Origin: Candidatus Saccharimonadota bacterium
GTDB taxonomy: Bacteria; Patescibacteriota; Gracilibacteria; BD1-5; UBA6164
Direction: 5' to 3'
Length of the DNA stretch: 32,000 nt
Assembly: GCA_963677765.1 (NCBI GenBank)
Contig: OY782392.1
Span: forward strand, 720,001-752,000
Shown: one piece after another, positions 1 to 8,033 of the stretch
Position numbering within the stretch: position 1 is the stretch's first letter
Layout: the number at the start of each line of letters is the position of its first letter
Notes under the pieces: generated by a model
Told to the model about the DNA's origin: nothing
Seen by the model: the letters and a program-made list of their open reading frames with translations, nothing else
Databases searched by the model: none
Made by a program: the position numbers and the translations under genes

Positions 1-566
1 ACATCTGATCCAAATATGTCGTTGTTTGGCCAGTTTGCAGGAGTTGCTCTACCATTATTAGCAGACATTTGTAGAGAATCAATTAATCTAATGATTTCAT
101 CTATATTTCTACCATTTGATAATGGGTAGTACATTAATGCTGAAATTTTTCATTCAGGATTAATTATAAATACTGCTCTAACTGTATGAGAACTATCAGC
201 ACTTGGTTGTAGCATTCAATAGTCATATGCTATAGATGGAGCTGCTACAATTGGAAATTCTATATCAACATTAAATTTTTCTTTTATATTTAATGCCCAA
301 GCTATATGTGATTGTATACCATCAACTGAGTAACCTATTAATTCAACATTTCTTTTATCAAATTCTTCTTTTTTTACTTGAAATGCTATAAATTCAGAAG
401 TACATACAGGAGTAAAGTCTGCAGGATGTGAGAATAATACAACCCATTTTCCTTTGTAATCAGATGGGAAGTTTATAGCTCAAGTAGTTGAAGGTCAGCT
501 AAAAGCTGGAGCTTGTTCTCAAATTAAAGGAACTCTAGGCATTGGCATAGTTACATTATTTTCCAT
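1..566 (-). CDS. Peroxiredoxin, 1-Cys/Prx6-like (3' end runs off the window)
   Basis: Table-25 translation from ATG at 566: [59 protein letters not shown]...[11 protein letters not shown]. It has the FSHPxDFTPVCT peroxidatic-Cys motif. In-frame TGAs fall at Gly-like positions and there is no TAA/TAG in 188 codons. Confidence 0.85.
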
Positions 567-606
567 AATTGTATGAATTATAAAATTAAAATATATTTAT
601 TAGAAA

Positions 607-621
607 TGAGAATTATTCTTA
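607..621. promoter_or_regulatory. Fur-family-type 7-1-7 inverted repeat, box 1 (TGAGAAT-T-ATTCTTA)
   Basis: Near-perfect 7-1-7 palindrome 41-55 nt upstream of the peroxiredoxin ATG. It shares the architecture of Fur/PerR/Zur boxes (TGATAATnATTATCA class). A second copy lies 63 bp away and a Fur-family gene is adjacent. Confidence 0.5.
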
Positions 622-669
622 TTTCTTGAAAGTATTATATTACTATATTTTGTATAGTCAAATAAAAAA

Positions 670-684
670 TGAGAATTATTCTCA
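670..684. promoter_or_regulatory. Fur-family-type 7-1-7 inverted repeat, box 2 (TGAGAAT-T-ATTCTCA, perfect)
   Basis: Perfect 15-bp palindrome 73 nt upstream of the Fur-like gene ATG. A TATAAT hexamer sits at 698-703, so the box lies where a -35 element would be. Confidence 0.55.
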
Positions 685-756
685 AAAAGATTTGATTTAT
701 ATAATTTTTTAATTAAAATTAACTTAAATTAATATTTAAAAGTTAAGTAAAATTCG

Positions 757-1101
757 ATGAAAACACATTATTATAAAGAAGATATAAAAAAAATATGTAA
801 AGATAAACATTTAACTGTAGAACAAATTTTTGAAGAAATATCAAAAATTTATTCTGATGCATGAAAATCATCTATATATAGAAATGTAGAAGAAATGGTA
901 AAAGAATGAGACCTTAGAAAATTGGTTTGAGTTTGAAAAAAATCTTATTTTGAATCTAATTGTTGAAACCATATACATTTAGTAGATGTTAATACATGAC
1001 AAATAATAGATTTACCTGAAGATATTATTATAAAAAATTTACCTGAAAATTTTAAACTGAAAAATATGGATGTTAAATTGTTTTGAGAATTTAGTTCATA
1101 G
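757..1101 (+). CDS. Fur-family transcriptional regulator, minimal 114-aa form (PerR-like by context)
   Basis: MKTHYYKEDIKKICKDKHLTVEQIFEEISKIYSDAGKSSIYRNVEEMVKEGDLRKLVGVGKKSYFESNCGNHIHLVDVNTGQIIDL... The winged-helix SIYRNVEEMVKEGDL matches the Fur TVYRTL..L.e.GlV pattern, followed by HxH. 115 codons end at TAG. The usual CxxC pairs are missing. Confidence 0.7.
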
Positions 1102-1148
1102 AAAAGATTTTTATTTTGGGAGGAGGAAAATAAAAATCTTTTTATTTT
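1102..1148 (+). terminator. Rho-independent terminator after the Fur-like gene
   Basis: Perfect 16-bp arms AAAAGATTTTTATTTT / AAAATAAAAATCTTTT around the loop GGGAGGAGG, followed by a T-rich run. Confidence 0.75.
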
Positions 1149-1171
1149 AATTTATATAAATAAAAATTATT

Positions 1172-1630
1172 ATGAAGCTTAATTTAGAAAATAAATATTT
1201 GATTTTAGAAAATAATTCAGAAAAAGAACTTAGTTTAGGAGATATATTATCATGAGATAATACAATTTTATTTTTTTATCCAAAAGATAATACTCCATGA
1301 TGTACTATTGAAAATAAAGATTTTTCTTGTTTGAAAACTGACTTTGAATCAAAATGATATAAACTTATTTGAGTTTCTAAAGATAGTATAGATAGTCATA
1401 AAAAATTTGTAGAAAAACAATGATTAGAAATTAGTTTAATATCTGATCCAGATTTAATATTACATAAAGAACTTTGAGCTTATTGAGAAAAAAATAACTA
1501 TTGAAAAATAGTAGAGGGTGTTATTAGATCAACTTTTATAGTATCTTGAAACTGAGAAGTAGAAAAAGAATATATAAATATTAGAGCAAAATGACATGCT
1601 GAAAGGATATTAAAAGAAATTTCAAATTAA
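1172..1630 (+). CDS. bcp: Thiol peroxidase Bcp / peroxiredoxin Q
   Basis: MKLNLENKYL...ILFFYPKDNTPGCTIENKDFS...[28 protein letters not shown]... It carries the FFYPKDxTPGCT signature. 11 of its 13 Gly codons are TGA. 153 codons end at TAA. Confidence 0.9.
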
Positions 1631-1659
1631 AACCATGAGTTAATACTTATGGTTTTTTA
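1631..1659 (+). terminator. Rho-independent terminator after bcp
   Basis: AACCATGAGT-TAAT-ACTTATGGTT hairpin (one G-U pair) followed by TTTTT. Confidence 0.6.
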
Positions 1660-1675
1660 TTTCTAAAAAATTAAT

Positions 1676-1703
1676 TTGACTTTTATTTATTAGCACATAA
1701 TAT
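1676..1703 (+). promoter_or_regulatory. Sigma70-like promoter candidate for clpB (TTGACT-N16-TAATAT)
   Basis: TTGACT at 1676-1681 and TAATAT at 1698-1703. The -10 element lies inside the CIRCE element, which is the classical arrangement. Confidence 0.5.
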
Positions 1704-1716
1704 ATATGAGTGCTAA
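1690..1716. promoter_or_regulatory. CIRCE element (HrcA operator)
   Basis: TTAGCACAT-N9-GAGTGCTAA versus the consensus TTAGCACTC-N9-GAGTGCTAA. The right arm is perfect and the left arm has 2 mismatches. It lies 28 nt upstream of the clpB ATG. Confidence 0.8.
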
Positions 1717-1743
1717 TTTATTTTAGTTGCTAACTATTTAATT

Positions 1744-3897
1744 ATGAATGTAGAACAATTAAAAGAAAAAACAAAGGATGCTTTAAAAAAGTATTGAATA
1801 GATTTAGTTGAAAAGGCTAAGTCTTGAAAAATAGATCCTGTTATAGGTAGAGAAGAAGAAATAAGAAGAGCTATACAAATATTATCACGTAGAACTAAAA
1901 ATAATCCAGTATTAGTATGAGAACCTTGAGTTGGTAAAACTGCTATTGTCGAATGAATAGCTAAAAAAATTAGTGAGAAAGATGTTCCTGATAATTTGTT
2001 AGAAAAAACAATAATAAGCCTTGATATGTGAGCTTTACTTGCTTGAGCGATGTTTAAATGAGAGTTTGAGGAGAGATTTAAGGCTGTAATATCAGAAGTA
2101 GAAAAATCAGAATGAAAGATAATCTTATTTATAGATGAAGTTCATACTATAGTTTGAGCTTGAAATTGAGAATGACAAAATGATGCTTGAAATTTATTAA
2201 AACCTAGTTTAGCTAGGTGAGAACTTCATTTGATTTGAGCAACTACTATAAATGAATATAGAAAATATATAGAAAAAGATGCTGCTTTAGAAAGGAGATT
2301 TGCTCAAGTAATAGTTGATGAACCATCAAGAATAGATACTTTATCTATACTTAGAGGTATAAAAGATAAATATGAAAATCATCACTGATTAAAAATTACA
2401 GATAAGGCTATAGAATCTGCTGTAGATTTATCTATAAAATATATAAGTGATAGAAAACTCCCAGATAAAGCTATAGATTTGATGGATGAAGCTATGAGTT
2501 CTGTTAAGTTAAAATCAATATCTAAACCAGTAGAATTAGATATATTAGAAAAAGAAATTAGAACTTTAAAAATAGAACTAGAAGCAAAAAAAACAGAAAA
2601 AAGTATTTGAAAAGATATTTTAGATTCTTTAGAGAAACAGATACTTGATAAATCAAAAGAATCAGAGTTAATTGAAAAAACATGGAAAAATGAAAAAGAT
2701 ATTTTAAATAATATTAAAAATAGTAGATTAAAAATAGATGAATTCAAAATTAAAGCTGATATTTTTGAAAGAGAATGAAATTTATGAGAAGTAGCAAGAA
2801 TTAGATATAGTGAAATACCCAATTTAGAAAAAATAATACTAGAAAATGAGTCTAAAATGAAAGGTTTAGAAGAGAAATGAGTAACTTATTTGAAAGATAG
2901 AGTTGATTCAAATGATATAGCTGAGATAATTGCAAAATGGACTTGAATTCCTGCTCAAAAATTACTTGAGACAGAAAGAGAGAAGCTTTTGAAATTAGAA
3001 GAAGTATTAAAAAAAGATGTTATATGACAGGATAATGCATTATCTTCAATTTCATCTGCTATAAGAAGGGCAAGAGCTTGATTATCAGAAGAATGAAAAC
3101 CATTAGGTAGCTTTTTATTTTTATGACCTACTTGAGTTGGTAAAACAGAAACAGCCAAAGCTTTAGCTAAAAACATGTTTGATGATGAAAAAAATATGAT
3201 AAGAATAGATATGAGTGAATACATGGAAAAACACTCTGTATCTAGACTTATATGAGCACCTCCTTGATATATATGACATGATGAATGAGGTCAGTTAACG
3301 GAAGCAGTTAGAAGAAAACCATATAGTGTTATACTTTTTGATGAAGTTGAGAAGGCTCATTCTGATGTATTTAATATATTATTACAAGTATTGGATGATT
3401 GAAGATTAACTGATAGTAAATGAAGAGTTGTAAATTTTTCAAATACTATAATTATATTAACTAGTAATATATGAAGTAATAAGATACAAGAATTAACAAA
3501 AGAAAATAAGAATAGTTTAGAAATTTTATCTAATCTAGAAGTTGATTTAAAACAATATTTTAGACCAGAATTTTTAAATAGACTTGATGATATAATTATT
3601 TTTAATCCTTTAAGTGAAGATGAAATAATAAATATAGTAAATAATATATTAAATGATTTAGTTATTTTATTAAATAAAAAATCTATAAAAGCTGATTTTA
3701 GTATAAAATTAAAAAAACATTTAGCATCTGTTTGATTTGATAGAGATTATTGAGCTAGACCATTAAAAAGAATAATAAATAATAAAGTAGTTAATTATTT
3801 ATCAAATAATATATTATCATGAAATATTAATTCATGAGATGAAGTTATATTAGATATAGATGATAATAAAAATATAATACATAAAAAAAGTAGTTAA
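1744..3897 (+). CDS. clpB: ATP-dependent chaperone/disaggregase ClpB, natively lacking the N-terminal domain (717 aa)
   Basis: [71 protein letters not shown]...[19 protein letters not shown]...LLQVLDDGRLTDSKGR...GARPLKRII. Both Walker A/B modules and the coiled-coil M-domain are present. It is collinear with E. coli ClpB from about residue 145 onward. 718 codons end at TAA. Confidence 0.97.
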
Positions 3898-3915
3898 ATT
3901 TTAACTACTTTTTTT
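3883..3915. terminator. Bidirectional palindromic terminator shared by clpB and the convergent YgjV-like gene
   Basis: Perfect 33-nt palindrome AAAAAAAGTAGTTAAA-T-TTTAACTACTTTTTTT. It contains both stop codons (3895-3897 on + and 3901-3903 on -). Confidence 0.8.
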
Positions 3916-4596
3916 ATATTCTTCTATTTCGTTTTTTACTATTTTAATATCTTTTTTTATTTCTTTATTAAATTTAATCTTAAATTTTTGTATAAAATTT
4001 TTTTGTTTTATTCTAATAAAATCATAGATATTTATATATCTACCAACATCTGGTTTTGGTTTTTTTAGAATTCACATTACTTTGTCTACAAAATATACTC
4101 TTTTTCATTCTTCTATAATCATTTTATACATAGCTATTACTAATAAGAATTGTACAAGTATTTCATTTAGAATTCATCACATTGATCATGTGCTTATATG
4201 GAATGTAAACCAAAACATTGATGTAACAAACATAAATAATCTTAATCTTATTCTTTCAAAAAAGAAATATCAATAAGCTGATATTATTGAACCTATTATA
4301 GGAAGTATAGAGTAATTATTTTCAAATGTAATTATTCAAAAAACTATAGTAGCTGATACTATTCATAAAAATATTCTTTTATTTTTTTTGTATTTTAAAG
4401 ATAAAAATATACGAAATATTCATATTATAGTAGCTGCTAATGCAGAATAGACTCACATTGTGTAAAAATGTAAAGCCCAAAAAATCATTGAAATAATAAT
4501 TATTTTCAATGTTTTTTTATCATCTTTTTGAAGTAAAGCCATAAATGCTATTGCCATGGCTATAAATCAAAAAGTTTGTCATAGAGGATTTTGCAT
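3901..4596 (-). CDS. YgjV-family inner membrane protein with a Lys-rich C-terminal extension
   Basis: MQNPLGQTFGFIAMAIAFMALLQKDDKKTLK...HFYTMGVYSALAATIIGIFRIFLSLK...ILPIIGSIISAYGYFFFERIRLRLFMFVTSMFWFTFHISTGSMGGILNE... It is collinear with E. coli YgjV (LLPVIGTIVSTWALF...WVIHNFWAGSIGG). 232 codons. Confidence 0.7.
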
Positions 4597-4941
4597 TATA
4601 GTCTCTATAAAATTCACTTATCTTAAAAATTAGGGTTTAATAATCTAATTTAATCATGTATTATCTAAAAAGTCAAATATATTAACTTTTTATAAAAAAC
4701 TTTTATTTTTAGCCATTTGTTATATATTTTAAAACCTAAAATTATATTTACAAAAAATTATTTTATTACGGAAAAAATACTATCTTTTTATTATAATACT
4801 TAGAAAAAGTTTGAAAATATTTACACTTAAAACATTTATATAAAGATTATATTAGTTTGATAAAAAATTCTGATAAAATTGTAGATATAAACTTAATTTA
4901 AGACCCTAAATATTTTGTTGCTGATGATAAATTAGCATAAT

Positions 4942-4972
4942 AAAAAATAAGAGAATAATTCTCTTATTTTTT
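4942..4972. terminator. Perfect 15-1-15 palindrome: terminator of the 4964-5521 gene, with a core identical to the Fur-box-like motif
   Basis: AAAAAATAAGAGAAT-A-ATTCTCTTATTTTTT. The stop codon of the minus-strand gene (4964-4966) lies inside it. The core AGAGAAT-A-ATTCTCT resembles the boxes at 607 and 670. Confidence 0.65.
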
Positions 4973-5521
4973 ATTTGTTAAATTCATTATAGCTAGTCAT
5001 AAAGCAATTAATACAAGAAACATTATTAAATATATTATTTTTTCTTTATCTTTATTTTTTTCTATTTCGTTATCATTATTTTCATTAATAACTACTTCTT
5101 TTTCTTCTATAGTATCTTGAAAATATTCTAAATCTTCTTGAGCATTACTTGTTAATGATGTTCTAGAGCATAGTGAAACTGACTCTTCTCATACTTCTCA
5201 GTTAGTATAAACTATATATTCTTTTCATTCTTCAAAATTATATCAACATGTAGCTGAACTTTGAGCAGTACTTATTTTTTTTACTTCACTGTATTCTCAT
5301 TTTATGTTTTTTATTCAAGAAAAACTTACAATTAATTTATCATATTGGTTTAATCTATTTTTTTCTTCTATTCATGAAACAGTTCATATAAACACACTTG
5401 TAGACATTTCTTTTGATTCATTTGGGCTTGCAGGTTGTATACATGAACAAGCAAAAGTTTTACTATTGCTTAAAACAAATAAACTAAACATTATAAAGAT
5501 AAGAGTTAATATTTTTTTCAT
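4964..5521 (-). CDS. Secreted, C-terminally membrane-anchored protein with a mature N-terminal Cys-x-Cys (TIMP/NTR-module-like)
   Basis: MKKILTLIFIMFSLFVLSNSKTFA|CSCIQPASPNESKEMSTSVFIGTVSG...ATCGYNFEEGKEYIVYTNGE...SLCSRTSLTSNAQEDL...IIYLIMFLVLIALGLAIMNLTNKK. It has a signal peptide, then CSC...P, CGY.F..G.EY.VY and C.RT, the pattern of bacterial TIMP-like proteins. 186 codons. Confidence 0.55.
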
Positions 5522-5641
5522 AATTTTTTATTTAATAATAATATATTATTAATAACGATTAAATACTTTTTTGGTGACAAAAATTTTAAAAAAATAAAAT
5601 AACGCATATATTATATTAGAATTATGACTTAAATATACTTA

Positions 5642-6403
5642 ATGAAAAAATTATTAATAGTTTGTGCTCATTCAAAAGAATTAAATTCTGTTAAATCAAA
5701 AATAAAAGAAATTAAACAAAAAAACTTAAAAATAAGTTTTTTTTCAACATGAATATGAAACTATAATGTTTTATTAAATCTTTCTAGATTTTTAGAAAAT
5801 AATCATTTTGATTTTGTATTAAATATATGAGTATGTTGATATGTAAATGATTATAAAGAAGTTTTCCAAGTTTCAAGAATATGTAATTTAGCTAACAATA
5901 AAGAAATAATTGTTCCTACTATAATAAACTGATATGATTTAGAATCAATTCTTACAAGTGATAATGTAGTTTCTGATAAAAATATATTATTAAATGAATC
6001 TTATGTAGATATGGAATCTTATGCAATTGAATTAGTTTGTGATAGTTTTAAGATACCTAGGTTATTGTTAAAAGTTCCTGTAGACAAGGTTTGAATAGAA
6101 ACAAAAAATTTTGATTACTTAAAAGCTGATAATTTTTTAAAAAATAATATAGATTATGAAGAACTACTATTAAAACTAGATAATTATTTATCTAGCTATG
6201 AAGATGAGGTTGATTTTGAATACTATTTTAAAAATTATAACTTTACTTTTAGTGAAAAAGAAATATTTAAAAAGTATTATTATAGATATATTTCATTAGT
6301 TTGAAATAATTTTGATGACTATTTTTTTAAAAATTTATTAGAAGATAAAAAGGAATTTTTAAAAAGATTGGAAAAATTTTTAGATAAATACTTGATAAAA
6401 TAA
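5642..6403 (+). CDS. Nucleoside phosphorylase-superfamily protein (Pfs/MTAN- or MqnB-like nucleosidase) with a C-terminal extension
   Basis: MKKLLIVCAHSKEL...FFSTGIGNYNVLLNLSRFL...FDFVLNIGVCGY...YVDMESYAIELVCDSFKIPRLLLKVPVD. These match E. coli Pfs blocks SGIGKVAAA / DVIINTGSAGG / AVEMEATAIAHVC..FNVPFVVVRAISD. 254 codons. Confidence 0.65.
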
Positions 6404-6410
6404 AAAATAA

Positions 6411-7376
6411 ATGATTTTATATATAGAAAAACAAGCAATAGATTATCCTCAAACTAAAAAAATCTTAGAAAAATTTAAAAACTCAAATATTATATATATT
6501 GATAATTATAAAAATATATTTGATAAAGATTTTTATAATTTAAATTCTTCTAAAAGTTTAATTGTAGCTAAACTTAATTCTGCTGCAGTTAGTGAAGCTC
6601 CTGCTTGATATTGACATACTGAAAGTGCTTTTTTCTTTAAAACAAGTCTTAATTGTATTTATGATTGTAGTTATTGTTATTTAAAATGAGCTTTCAAAAA
6701 TGATAATATGGTAGTTTTTGTTAATTATGATGATATCAAAAAACAAATATTAGAAAAAATATCTAGCTTAGATAAGAATAAAACTCATTGGTTTTATAGC
6801 TCAGATTATTCTGATATATTATGAATGGATTGATTTACAAATTTTATGCAAGAATTTGTAGAATTTTTTGAACAATTTGATAATGTGAAAATGGAAATCA
6901 GAACTAAGGGATCAAATATTAAGTCTATATTAGATTTATGATTTGTTCCAAAAAATACAGAAATATCTTTTTCTTTAAATCCTCAAATTCTTATAGATAA
7001 ATATGAAAAGTGAACATCTTCTTTGCAATCGAGATTGGATGCTATAAAAAAACTACAAGACTTATGATATTTGGTATGAGTTAGATATTTACCATTATTA
7101 CCTGTAAAGGATTATGAAATAATTTATAAAGATTTTATTGATAAAATTAAAATCTCTATAGATATAAATAAAACATATTCTTCTTTTGCTTCAGGTCTTT
7201 TGTATACAAAAAAAGATTATAATAAAATACTTTCTAAATATAGAGATTTAGATATACTCCATATGCTAGAATTAGATAATGATTGATTTTATAGAGAATC
7301 TAAAAAAGTAAGAGATAATTTTTATTCTATGTTTAAAGCTTTGGATAAAAAATGTATTTTATGTTTAGAATACTAA
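6411..7376 (+). CDS. Radical SAM protein, spore photoproduct lyase (SplB) family
   Basis: MILYIEKQAIDYPQTKKILEKFKNSNIIYIDNYKNIF...TSLNCIYDCSYCYLKG... The CX3CX2C cluster has Cys codons at 6654, 6666 and 6675. The track ORF 6411-6608 is its N-terminal fragment, truncated at the first TGA. 322 codons. Confidence 0.75.
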
Positions 7377-7384
7377 ATAAATAT

Positions 7385-8023
7385 ATGAAAAAAAACATAT
7401 TAATAACATGAACATCAAAATGAATATGAAAATATTTAACTTCTAATTTAAAAAATGATTTTAATATCTATTGTATTTCTAGAAATTCAACAGATATTGA
7501 GGGGGTTTTTGATATTAACATTGATTTAACAAACTTTTCAGAAATTGATAAATTTGTTAAAAACTGTGAAGAAAAAAATATTTTTTTTGATTCATTAATA
7601 TTAAATGCTTGAGTTTGATATTTTTGAAAATTTGAAGATGCTAGTGATCAAGAATACTTAAATATAATAAATTTAAATCTTAGTTCTAATATTTTATTGG
7701 TAAAAAAGATTTTACATTTATTGAATGAAAAATCTAAAATAATTTTTTTATGAAGTATTATATCTAAAAAGTTCATGAAGTATTGAGCAGTTTATCAAGC
7801 TAGTAAATTTTGAATAAGATGATTTGCATGAGCATTAAAAAATGAATTAAAATGAAAAAGCGTTCATATATTAAATCCAAAAATTGTTGATACATGATTT
7901 CATGATAAATCAAATATAGAGCTGAATTTTTCAAAAAATCAATTAACTCCCAAAAAAAATATTTTAGATACTATTATTAATCTTTTAGAATGAAATGATA
8001 AGAGGTTTGAAATAGACTTATAA
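7385..8023 (+). CDS. Short-chain dehydrogenase/reductase (SDR) family oxidoreductase
   Basis: MKKNILITGTSKGIGKYLTS...LILNAGVGYFG...GAVYQASKFGIRGFAGAL. It has the TGxxxGxG, NAG and YxxxK motifs. 213 codons. Confidence 0.85.
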
Positions 8024-8033
8024 CAAAAAACAA

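Noticed and set aside
1118-1126. GGGAGGAGG as a ribosome-binding site for bcp
   Set aside because: It is the loop of a perfect 16-bp hairpin terminator. It lies 46 nt upstream of the bcp ATG, too far for SD function.
2382-3224. Track ORFs 2382-2822(-) and 2955-3224(-), the longest standard-code ORFs in the left part of the window
   Set aside because: They are antisense to clpB. Their translations are low-complexity (Ser/Phe/Ile/Leu-rich) with no motifs. The plus strand encodes a near-textbook ClpB once TGA=Gly is applied.
4630-4909. TTAGGGT (4630-4636) and ACCCTAA (4903-4909): inverted heptamers 270 bp apart, telomere-repeat-like, possibly ends of a small mobile element
   Set aside because: Each is a single 7-bp copy. 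There are no target-site duplication, no longer terminal inverted repeats and no coding capacity between them. This is explainable by chance, so it is kept only as part of the long-gap observation.
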